64,000 bases of DNA. Origin: Diadema antillarum. Taxonomy: Eukaryota. Every line of letters begins with the position of its first letter. The stretch's first letter is position 1. The stretch is taken from contig NW_027271282.1 in NCBI RefSeq assembly GCF_040938485.1, positions 496,001-560,000 of the forward strand. Reading direction: 5' to 3'. Positions 11,323 through 24,300 of the stretch are shown piece by piece. The notes under the pieces are model-generated. The model worked only from the letters and a program-made list of their open reading frames with translations. It had not been told where the DNA came from and ran no database searches. A program made the position numbers and the translations under genes.

Positions 11323-14300
11323 CACATAAGAGCTTTTGATCCCAATCTGTAAAATTCAAATAGAATACCAGGTACCATGATTGCATATGTTGGCCATAAA
11401 CATAATTAACATACTATACATACTAAATCGATATCCAACTCTAGCCATAAAAAGAGACCAACATCCACGTGCTGATTCAAGACGAACATGGCATATCCAT
11501 AGCACCTTGGTTCATTCATAATGTTTCAACTTTTATTTTACATGTACGTTGTATGTCATTTTAGCGTAGTCTAGCATCTTCATAACCAATGTAATGTTTC
11601 TCATGGAATAATTGTAAACGCTTTGGATTATTTCATTTGTTTTGCTTGTGTGTCTATTCGTTTGGGTTCGTCGCTGTTGTTGTTGTTGTCGATGATGATG
11701 ATGATGATGTTTTCTTTGTTCTTCCCAACATGTCAAGGCTTTTTTAGTACTTACCTCTACAGGTGTCGGGCGACACGGCGCCCAGTTGAGGTGTTGTCAT
11801 GCCATCAGGACACGCCCTACATTCAGACTGGCCTGTGATTGGCTGATACCAGCCCTTCTTGCACATGAAACAGGGTGCAAAGCCTGTCACTGAGTAAGTT
11901 CCAGTTTGGCATGGAACTGGAGGGAGAGAGAAAGAGAGAGAGAGAGTGTGTGTGTGTGTGTGTGTGTGTGTGATCAAACAAGCTATCCACTCACTATGAC
12001 GCGATCGCTGAAGTGACAGTAAATAAATAGATCGATGAGATGAATGTGAAATATTAACATCGTCATTTACATCATAGATCGATTATCGTGAAACAGATTC
12101 ATCTCAAGGAATGATCACTCGCACTTACTTCTTGACAATCTGATTTTTTTTATATCAAACAATGACGAGGCTTTATCAAACAAGACCATGGAATTACTAA
12201 AAGTTAAAACAATTGTTGAAATAAGCCATTTTGGAGTTAGCTCCTGTGCGCATGGGTACAAATGACCTTCCTTTTTTTCTCGATTGGTTGGGCACTTCAC
12301 TCCTTTTCAAAGTGACAGAATGCATGAACTTGGCCGACTTAACAAATTATAGAATTCATCAGTCATGTTCAATTAAAGAATGAACATATGCAGACAAAAC
12401 ATGTAACCAGCAAGATCCATCAGTGAACACTTGGGAAAGCATCTATTAAATGCGTTGAATGTTTTACATTGTTTTAATACAGATATTTTTCATTGCCTAA
12501 TACCTATTTTGCTGTCAGGTGGAAGTGCTGGCAAGCACCATTTGTAAGGATTACTTGAATAATCATTAAATCGTGCAAGCTTATCTCGGTGAATTAAAAA
12601 AAAAAAAACATGCCCTGTTGGTACAAAAATCTTTTCGTGCTCTTGCCGAAAGTGGAGTCCCGAACTGGCGTATTCTCTATTCATTGTACGAGGTCTTAAC
12701 CCGTTGAGAACGAGTCCCGAGTATAGACTCGGGCAGGGGTCTATGGGACAGACAAAAGTTTAAGCGTCTTGTGTCATCCTTTTGTGATTGTGGCATCACA
12801 AAATGTCTGTTCATGGTTGTATCGTGTCCTATTGTGTCCCAGTGCTCTTCTATTGTCTCTCACCTTCACACTGACTGACGTCACTAGCTCCCTGTTTAGC
12901 TGTCGTCGTTCCTACTGGACAACTTTTGCACTCAGTCTGACCTTCTTGGTCCTGGTAGAAACCTCTCCCACAGAGGGCGCACTCGTTAGCCTTTAGCTGA
13001 GCAAAGTAACCTGCTGGGCATGCAACTGAAAGAACACAAAATCCTTTGAATTTACTTGATTTCGTTTTGATTCCAAATCTTTTACGAGTCCATTGTACTC
13101 CATTTCTGTAAGTCTGCTGAAAACAGTGAATTTCTATTCTTCATTCTTGGTTAATTTCTGCAAATTTGTGATATTATCACAGAAGCTGGGTTCAGTTTAT
13201 CAACTTTTTAATTTCGGCAAACATGCAGCAAATTGTATCAAGTTTTATTCAAATTGATGGAAAATGAATATGACGCCAGTTTCAATCTGTTCTTGATAAC
13301 CAGCTGATACATAGACATTTGCATAAACAATTACAACTCTAACATAATTATCAAAATGTGGTTTCACGAATACAAACCAGAAACAATTCTGGCAAAAAAA
13401 AAAAACAACAAAAAAAAAAAAAAAAAAAAACAGGAATGAAATCCATATTTACTGCAAATGTGCTTGTCGTTGTCTGCTACATAGCCATGATCGCACTCAA
13501 TGCTAGGTGGCCCAAAACGGAGGGATGTTCGATATCGCCCGGGGGTTTTCGGGCCTTCGGTCCCTTGTGCCTCGCCATTCTGCCTGAAGATTTCTTCAGT
13601 ACGCTGCTGTACGTATGCCGTAATGTCTTCGACCATCGTTAAAGACCGAAATGAAGGCGGGTTGCCAGGTAGAGAGTTGTTTGGGTTCACTCCAACCACC
13701 TGCAGCCGACACATTTTGATGAAAATGAGGACAGGTGGAACACTGCTATCTCAGTGGGAAAAGAATGCAAGTCTACGGCCTGCCAACTGTAGTCAGTGGG
13801 TTTTTTTTCATTATCATGATTACACATATTTGATTTCATAGATGACATCGTACTCTGAAATGAGATGCCATCCGTCTCTTCTCAGTGAGACGATTCCTAG
13901 TACAACACTATCGAAAATTACCATGAAGAGCTTGATAGCAGAATGAGTTAACTCCATTGCTGTTGACAACTTGAGATATTTGAGGCTAAAGCTCCTTAAA
14001 ACCGAGAAATATGAAAAAACACAAATATTAAATATTTTAAATCATAACTTCAATGATATTTCTTTTTATGATACAAGTGAGGTATCACTGGGAATGTTTT
14101 ATTTTGCTCTATATAATGTATATGATGAATGTACTTTGAAATGTTTATATTGGCGTTTAACCCCTTTTACAATCAAATTCTTTATTTCTTTGTTATCCTT
14201 CGGCTTTATAATGTTCTTGGAGTTACTGTAACTGCCGTTAATTCTGATTACCAAATAAACGGGGGGGGGGGGGATCATAGGCCTAGTATCTCACTTTCAG

Positions 14301-15292
14301 AGATTATCTCCCGCCCTTGAATTGATAGAAACTCACAATCGACACGGTAGCTGTGTTGATGACGTCACTACCGTGGCTGTCCAGTCCTTTTTCTGCCAGG
14401 ATCGATCTCTTTCTCCAACTATCCATAGGCCCACAGGATATCGAAACCTGATCCACCGTGCAGTCATAGCCTACTGCACACAGGCCGGCGAAGTTGCTCT
14501 CGCGGAATATCGCAATGAATGCTTCTCTCATTCCGTCTTTGTTCGAGCAGTCACCGTCGAAGTACATGACATCCAACGGGAGGTTCAGGCGGGAAGCCAC
14601 GCGCTTGCCTGCATGGTGGTATTGAAGCTTACTGGTGAAAGTACGCCCATTATAGTATGGCCTATTTTGTGAACTAATGTGTCTAAGATTTTGTTCTTAG
14701 TAACATTTTCGTGCAATTGAGTATATGAATATAAGGACGACCCAAGTACATGGAAGACCATTTCGAGTAAACTAAAAAAAAAAACTTCATATCTTTTTTA
14801 TCTGTCCAATAATATTCTATTTCACTGTGATGGGAAGGCAACATTGTATATACAAATTACAACATATATTATTATGACAATTAACATTTACATTGATTGT
14901 GGAGAGGCCATTTTGTGTGGTGGACTTGGGTCGTTCTTTGATTCATATACATGATATTCTGCTATAGAGATGAGAGAAGGACGAGAGAGGGCGCTATTAT
15001 ATGAATGTAAGAATGACCCAAGTCCTTCATTCTTACATTAATATAAGATTTAACTCATTCATTTCAGGCACTTCCGGGGGGTAATTAGGATTTATCATTT
15101 ATACACAAAATGAGTCCTTGCATAAGCTACAATTTCCCATGTCAAACTGAATTTGGCCAAAATTGGACTTGGGTCGTTCTTATATCCAGGTCCTCAATTA
15201 TATTTCAGAGAAATTTTAATAGGGTACAACAATTGCAAATCACACGCAACCATCATGAATAAATCTTGGTTGACTACAATCCTATCCCCCGG

Positions 15293-15353
<61 letters not shown>

Positions 15354-18300
15354 CACACACACACAGCATAGTCTCTTCTTTTCGCAGCAAGGACATCGTA
15401 GTAAAAGCAAATAGTCCCACATGCTTATAGACACACACACGCACACGCACACACACACACACTGTCGTCACTGCTGTAAAGTTGTCCGAGTCACAGTGGC
15501 GGATCCAGAGGGGGCGCACCGGGCGCGCGCACCCTCTTTACTTTTTTGTTAAAACAAAAGAAATAAAAAAAGAAAAATGGGGCGCCTGCGCTCCCCTTTG
15601 ATAAGCCAGTTCGTAATTAGCTCATGTACACATTGGTACAAATGACCTTTCTTTTTTCTCAGTTGGTTAGGCAATTCACTCGTTTTAAAAGCGGCATAAT
15701 ATATAGGCTTGCCCGACGTAACAATTTATGGAATTCATGTTCAAAGAATGTCGTGAGCTCAGAATACTCCATCAGTTGACAATTTAGCAGGCATCCATTT
15801 CATTGTTTTGTATTGAATGCGATAAAGAATGCAATAACAGTCTATTTCCTTTATTGTGAAATACCATTTTCGCTGTCAAAAGTGTCAGGTGGATGTGCTG
15901 GCATTAGCAAGCACCATTTAGATAAGGATCACATGAATAATCAGCGCATCACAGATGCTTATCTCAGTGAATTTACAAACCAAAATGCCTGTTGGTACAA
16001 ACGACCTTTTTCTGCTCATACAGAAAGTGAAATTACGAACTGGTCTATTTTCTAAAGGCGCCTTCCCTTAACGAATTTCTGGATCCGCCCCTGCCTCATG
16101 TGGAAATTTTAATATGATACATTTTTCTGTTTTTTGGTCGTGCAATGACAATTTGAAATACAACCGTTCTTTAACAGTATACACTCGGTAGATGTTCGCG
16201 GTACAGGGAGATACCACATTCAAAATTTGCATACAGTGCATACCAGTTTTATCTGACACGGATATAACGATGAATTTTCGTTATAACGAAGTTCATAGTC
16301 AGGTCCAAAAATTATTATCTGTAATTATATTTCATATACTTATTTGTGCGGCTGTAACGAAAGAAAACTCCCTGGTCCCGACGGCCTTTTTGTTTTTCGT
16401 AGCAAAACGAGAGATTACTTCATGAATATTCATTAGGCAGGGCAGCGAAACCTCGATTTTATTGAAGTTTTCATAGTTCTGCGTGTGTACAAACAGAGAT
16501 GTTATGTGTTGTGTGTATGTGTGTGTCTGGGTGCGTTGGTGTGCGCGTGCACAAATCGTCGGTGAACTGTATAACTGTCTGCAAGCTGGTGGTTGCGTGC
16601 ACCAACTGCGACCTGAACTTGAATAAGTAGAATTAAAAAGTTCCTTGGCAACTGTTAATGAAATAAACACCCAGCACCCAGCAACCCACGTAAACCCCAC
16701 ATCCCATAACAACCTCCTTGGTAGAACCATGGACCTATGTCCTTCGTAGAACAGATGGTATAGTATACAAGAAACTTGTCCGAATTATAAGATTAGTAGG
16801 AACATTCAGGGAGGTGAGTCGAGCTTCAAACGTCTCAGTTCAAACGTTCAAAAATGTTCACATTTCTCTGGAACATCCAACAGCTGGATAGTGAGCTCTG
16901 CTGTACCGAGCGAGTCGGCAACCAACTTTCCGCACCGAAGACCCTCGTCAATATCTTGTTGACAAGACCAATCTCGACGCCATGCCAGAATCCGCATGCT
17001 TATTATGATTTAAAGGGAACACTAAACCCAAAGTTCGCACGTGCTGGACCTTACCTTGGAACTAGTTGCCTCAAGTTATCCATTATTTCGAATGCTGACT
17101 GTTTTAAACCTGCCCTCAAGACTCATTTATTTAAAACTGCTTTTCAGTAGATCTGTACTCTCTAAAAAAAATCGAGTGAAAATTTTCACTCTAAAAAGAG
17201 TGAATACAAAAAAGAGTGAATTTCGAGTGAAATTGGAGTGAATTTTGAGTGAAAATGTTCATTTTCACTCATTTTGGAGTGACGTCAGGGATCACTCCAA
17301 AATCTTCGAGTGAACCCTGACGTCACTCAAAATGAGTGAAAATGAGCATTTTCACTCAAAATTCACTCCAATTTCACTCGAAATTCACTCTTTTTTGTAT
17401 TCACTCTTTTTAGAGTGAAAATTTTCACTCGATTTTTTTTAGAGAGTATTATCTATTATGTAATTCTTATTTGTCATTTATTGTTGTTCAATGAACTTAC
17501 TTCCATGTACATGTACGTACTTGTAATGATTTTTGTATTTCACACAGTAATTTATTTTCTCACTGTGGGTGCAGTGGATGCAGACAGATACAATACACAG
17601 ATGAATATCTTGTGCTCGTGTACACACACACATGTCTACTATGTATGTGTTTATACACAAGGTGGTACCTTCTTTGGTACACAATACTGTAGCACATGTA
17701 GTTACAGTCGCGCTGAGTTATGCTAATATGAGAGAATCGGGACTTTCCACTGTCTGTGTAATGAATATTCATGAGATAACCTCTCGCTTGCCTATGAAAG
17801 AAGAAGAAGAAGATAAAAGGCGCGTCCCGAGGACTACGCCATAACGGGAGTCGCCTGTGTTTGTATATTTAACACTAACTTGTGCAGTCAGGAACCTTGT
17901 TGCTTGGTAACCAGTTGCCAGACATCCCGCAGACGTAGAGGGCGGGAATGCTCCTTGACAAAGGGGGCGGTATATCGTGTTGGTCGTTGCACAAGACGCT
18001 GCAAAATCGCCCGGATGCAAACTCGTCGCAGGCCAGAAAGCCGTTTGTCGGTGGCTGTAGAGGAATACACTCCATCGCTGAACGAAGGAAATCAGAGAAA
18101 AATAATTGTCTGGCTATTATGTCGGCATTCATACCGGATGTGATTTCAGTGCATACACGGCTATCTGACAAGGACTGGGAATGATCTTCGGGTTGAGATG
18201 GAGACGAAAGTGATGGTGGGATATCAGCCATCCACCTTTTCTCTCTTCTATGATATGCCTTTGCTATTATTCCCTCTTGAATGTTTTTTTTTTCAATTGT

Positions 18301-21300
18301 TGTTAAAAGTATCGAGCAGGTGTGACTCACATCCCATACATAGCACACTCATACATCGAGTGTGATACGCTTGTCAAGATCGTTTTCTTAAATGCAGACA
18401 GTGTGGAACAAGGAGAATCCATCTACTTCCAGCACAGAGCTAGTAAGCTCATTATTCTTAGAACAAAAATGCAACTCTGTATTTAAAAAAAAAATGCAAC
18501 TCTCTAACTAGCTGAGTCAAGACAGTCACCTCCCGTAGTATCCCATTTTCTTCTTTCGGCATTGCTGTTGTTTCTGATCACGTTGGTTTTTGGTTATTTT
18601 TTTTTAAGAAAACAGATGCTTCGTATTTACTGTTGTTTATTTGTGCAGGAAATCTTGACTGATCTTTGGATAAAGCCAAAAAACCCAAAAAACACGTAAC
18701 CTATATTTTTAATTTCTAATCACATTTTGTTAAGTTCAGACACACTGGAATTCAAACTCACGTCGAAGGCTGATATCTGTAGTACACTCCGCCTGCAGCT
18801 GGCTCTCTGGATTGACTACATAGCAGACGATTTGATGATCACCCAGGGGTAGTCGTATGGGATTGTCTGCTATGTTACAGAAAACCTGAAGCTCAATGTC
18901 AGGTACATCAAGGTATGTCGGTTTCTCCCAGAAAACTTCAGAAACAAACAAATCTGTTGTGATGTTTCGCCCGGGAGGACAATACGTGATCTCAGGCGTC
19001 ACCTCATCTGACAGGAAAATTGAAAAAAAAAGAGAGGAAAAGATCAGTAAAAGAGGTCACAGTCCGTTCTTTCGAAGATCCTATATTCCGCAAGATCGTC
19101 AGTCTGAATTAATCAAGATGAAATAAATTTCGTTATTCCGATATCGAAGGCTCGTTTAACCTAACCCGAAAACGAAATAAGCTTTGTAATTCTATAATGT
19201 TCTTTAGTAGGCACCTTCCTTTTGGATTAACAAATCTTCGAAATAACGAACCTGATATCATATTTCGATTAACGAATCTTCGGATTAACAAACCTTCGGA
19301 ATAACAAACATCAACCGTAATATTAACTGCAACTTAGCTCCAAAATCTACCTCAATGCACGAAATCTTAGCATTCGTAAACTTATGGCTTTCCTCTTTCG
19401 ATGGACTTTCCCTTTCAAAAGCGTTTACTTCAATAATAAAAGGGCCAGAGGTAATTTGTAACGTACTCGTCGATACTCGTTACATGTTGTGTCTGACATG
19501 GTTAAACTCACATTTGGTCAGACATGGGAATGATAAACCTGATAACAAGCACTTAGAAAAAAAATAAACGCCTATTTTAGATAAAGATCTGAGTGTCTTG
19601 CTGTGAAATAGTATAATATTACACTTTCTGATGGATAACGCAGGGCTCCACACTAACTTTTTTGGGTGGCCAGATGGGGCCACCAAAATCATCAATTTCA
19701 AATTTTTGGTGGCCCGAAAGAAAAATTTGGTGGCCCGAAAAAAAAACATTAAAAGTCCTTATTTTTTTTTCTTAATGAGTCTAACACTCACTGCATGCAT
19801 TTATGCATTTCCGGCGCAAAAAGTTACGAATTTATTGACATACTTTTCAAAAAATTTTGGTGGCCCGAGGTGAGCCACCAAATTTGCCCTTTTTTAACTT
19901 TGGTGGCCCGACTTTCATTTTTGGTGGCCCCGGGCCACTGGGCCACCGTTAGTGTCGAGCCCTGGATAACGCCATAATCGATATACATCGTCATACGTTA
20001 CAATCGGCTATGAAATCACGCAGGCATGTGGTCATAGCGGACGTCATCATAATTGTACACCGCACTCCCATTATAACGAACACGGTTATAACGAAATTTC
20101 GATGTAACGAAAGAAAACTGCCCGTCCCGAGGATTTCGTTATAACGGGAGTCCACTGTAATGATACAGAAGTGTAAAAAGATTCACATTTCTCTATGTGC
20201 CAATGTCTGAAGATGATCAGCTATTATAGACAGGAGACATATGAGAGCCGGTCTTACTTGTGACCAACACATCAAAATCACAGGATGCGCTGTTGTTGGC
20301 TGAGTCGCGGAATGTGTAGCGGCAAGTCGTGTCGGAGGTAAAGTTATAGGGTGAACCTAGGTCAGGTGGGTAGGTAGTGACCCTTAGCTCCGTAGTGACC
20401 TTATCTTCAGCAGTGGGTGGGTCAAAGGTCACCTGAACTCCCCAAATTTCTGTTCGAATGGCGGTGATTGGTTCGGTGGGGCAAGAGGTGATGTACGGAG
20501 CCTCGGTGTCTGCATTTTGACAGATTCAATTCGAGAAGAACGATATTTCTAACAGAAAATTTATCTTAATGATACAAAAAAAAAGAAAATAACGGTATGT
20601 TTATGTCAGAAATCAACTGGAAAACACACGCACACACATATTTACAACTCTCTTTTACGAAAAATGAAGAGGCCCATCACTTGTAGAATAAACGGTTCCT
20701 CGGAAGTGCAAAAAGCTTGCGACTACAAAAAGTGAGAAAAAGAAAGAGAAGAAGAGGACACAATAGAAAGAAAAGGAAATTGTGAAAAGGAGGGAGTTAC
20801 AGAAGATAGAAAAACATAAAGTAGGTGAGCATTTCATGTCGCAAAAAGAAAAGCTTAAAAGAAATAGGGACATGAGAAACACTGCACCTTTACACCAGGA
20901 ATTCGCTAAAAACGTATCATTTTAAAAACAGTCTTACCAGTTATCATAAAGGAAATTATTGTAGATTTTGCACACACACAAATTGTAGTTGCAATTGCTG
21001 AGTCGGATATTGTCGTAAGAAGTGTTGTAAGTAATAGGCCGAAGAGTACATGCGTTACTTCTTGAGAACATACATAAAGGAAGCGTGGCTCTATGTTCGG
21101 TCAAACTTGGGCAAACACCCTACAGTCAATAGTGTTGCAAACTGCAGAGTATACCATGTGGAAATTCTCTAACACAGTGAAATTATGTATTATGAACTAC
21201 TGAAAAAGTCATAGCACGTTATTGATATAAATAAATCAGGAGCAAAACAATCTGAAAGTAAAGAAAAATGAAACAAACAAGCCTTCAAATTTGGGAAAAC

Positions 21301-24300
21301 TATATACCTTTGCATTCGAGAGAGAAGAGGTCAATTTCGTCACTCCAGTCACCAGAAGATAAGCAGGTCAAAGGTCGAAGATCACCTTGGAAGGTCAGGT
21401 TAGGTGTGCAGCGTAAGGTACAAGTGGTTCCGGTGGGCACTTTACCAGATCCAAAGCAATACTCCGGATTCGATTGAAGTTCAGCGAACGGTCGTGAGAG
21501 GGCGTTGCAGCCGAGCTCTAAAAGCCAAATTCCATACATTTCAAAGTTTTTTGTTTCCATAAGTCAACTTGCTCATCAAAGGCATCAATCAAAATCATAG
21601 TCAATGTTGTATCCTCGATTTGTCCGTAGACAGTCGATTATACTGGAAGAATATATCAGGTGAAAGTGAGATTGGATAAAAGCACTGTCTTTCAGATAAA
21701 AATCAGAAGAGGTAAGAGGATATTCCAAAGGAAGAATACTTGCATTTCAGGCGTAAATTACTCTCGAAATAAGCATGTGACTATAGGTGGTTCCATATCA
21801 ATCATTTTAGACGAAAAGAAATATCCAAAACTTGTAAATTGATAGAATATCCGGTAATGATAATCACGGAATGTTGATCCGACAATGTACATCTTGAAAT
21901 GAAGCCTCCTGACGTGTGTATGACATTATTGTGCATTGAATCGTCTTGTTCTGATCGCAAGGTTATGGAAATTGAACGTAAGTGTAGTGGGGGATTGCTT
22001 CGTCGTACCTTCACAAACTGGTTTGTCGACATATTTCCAATACATGTCCGTTCCATCGTATTCACAGCTCACTTCCGAGGAACCAACCCATACAAAATCC
22101 TGCAGACAGCTCACTTGACACACCGATCCGAAGGATGTGTCACATGATCCGTTGATGGTGCCGTACTCGGGAGGAATCAATGCTAAACACCGGCGGACTG
22201 GGGTACATGACAAAACGACGTGGGAGAGAAAGAAAGGCGAAATCAACAGTCACTGACCTTGTTGCATATAGTTCTTGTATATTTTATAGAGAGTTTCATC
22301 TGTGCAATGACCAATTAGAAAAGGGAACCTTTCTCTCTACCGCAAGTCTCCTAGATGAGTTTAAACAAGTCGCCTTCGCGCATTCTGTTTCATTAATTTA
22401 AGATTTCTATTGCTAGTTTTTCCGGTGGTCGTTGGTTCATCACATAATATCTCCTTGCTTTTATGAAGTAAGCGACGTTAGTGAGCAGCTATAAGTGCTG
22501 TGGTTAAAAGATAGAGCTCCAAACCTCTTTCGATGCAATATCTTGTCCAGTGTTTGCATTATTGTAGCAACTTTGAATTTTCCTAACGAATTTATTTCGA
22601 GTGAGATTGTACGGCTTACTTCTGACATCAACGTCGAACAAGCATTGGTTGTCATTCCGTCTCTCGTCTACAGCCGTACAGGAAACGTGGTGTTCACCAG
22701 CCGTCATCCAACCTGGTTCGTGAGAGCATGTCACAGTCGGCTGGGCCCCGCTGTTGTCCTCAGCAGCTACCGTCCAGGATACTGCTGCCTGGTCGGAACT
22801 GCGGCCTGCGTACATCACAACACGCTCTGGGCAGCTTGTGAAAGTTGGGAGAGCGACATCTATGTGCCGCAAAACAACAACACCCAAACAAACAAATGGC
22901 ATTGCTTTGCAGTTCCATCAATTTTCAGCAATATCATAAAGTATTTTGATGTACTCTCTCTCTCTCTCTATTTCTCTCTGTACGTAATCGATATATAATT
23001 TTATATTGATGTTGGGCCAACTAATTTTCAAAAAGCCTATCTTTTAGTGGCTCGTTCGGGCACTTAAGATTCAAAATGGATTGTTATGTTTCAGTTTATT
23101 TCGGGCCACCAAGATATCATACTCCCTATACATATATATATGTATATGATATACGTATAGAGTGCATAATCATACACTATAACTCATATAAATGTAATAA
23201 AGCTATTGTACCTTCTCAGTGGAGAAAACTTTTTTTCCGAGTTAAAACTCTGTGGTATTAATAGTGGAGAAAGCTATTAGGGACCTTAAAAAGGATAGTT
23301 TTAGTTCTTGCCTTTTTAACAGGATGATGACAATGACACAGCGGACTGTGACAGCACTATAACAAAGAGAGGTTTACCTGAATAAAGACGAAAACATTAC
23401 TGATTACCTGATCATTCGAATTTGCTAGTTATAACTACCTTGCACTGTTGTAGGTACAAAATGATGCTTTAATATTTTCCAGCGACAGAGCTCCCTCCTA
23501 ACTCTCACTTGCTCTCTTTCTCCCTCTCACGTGCTTCCTTGGTGGTGATCAAGCACGAATATAGAAGTAACTATGAAAGTGATACCGATAAGACTATTAA
23601 AATGTATTCTAACCAATGCAAGTGGCCTCAGCGACATCACGTGACCACGTGTGATTCGGTGAGCACATGACTTCGAAGAGCTCGGTCGGATGGATGACAA
23701 AGCCCGCCAGTGAACAATTAAGGTTACACGTGTCTTGGTAACGAGGGTCGGACAAACACGTTGAGGGAGTAATGATGACGTCACGAGTTTCAGTGAGTGG
23801 TGGGCACGCCTCTCCTAGATAAAGAGACAAAAGACTAGAATGAAACTTGTTTATTACATTGCAAATCTCGATGCTTCATTATTTCATTACCTTCCCTGTA
23901 CAATTTTTCCGTTTGGTGTTGATTTTAGCAGCATTGACAAGAATTAACCCTTATGAAACTTGCGGTCCATTGCTCTAAAAGCAGCGAACGTGAACAACAG
24001 AAAATTGTTCATGTTACATCATTGCACAAAATAGATTCAAAGAATAGCTTTAAAAATTGTGGATGTATTATATACATCTATAATACTTCAATTATGAAAT
24101 CAAATAGTAATGATAGATTAATTTTCAGTGGAGAAATCGCAACCAGTTCTCAACATGCAGTTTCTACACCTTCAGACATGTCAGAGGCGGAATGACTTCA
24201 CATCTTGACAAAACCAAAGATGGAACGAGACATGAAAACTCGTCACATTGAGGACGAGTTAGGTGATACGCTTGTGGTCATGAGATGACAGTCATCTGTG

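Noticed and set aside
24170-24295. Possible extra Sushi-like exon (good acceptor, a few Cys)
   Set aside because: Stops in all three frames from the acceptor, no Sushi Trp/Gly pattern, and the flanking exons already join in phase
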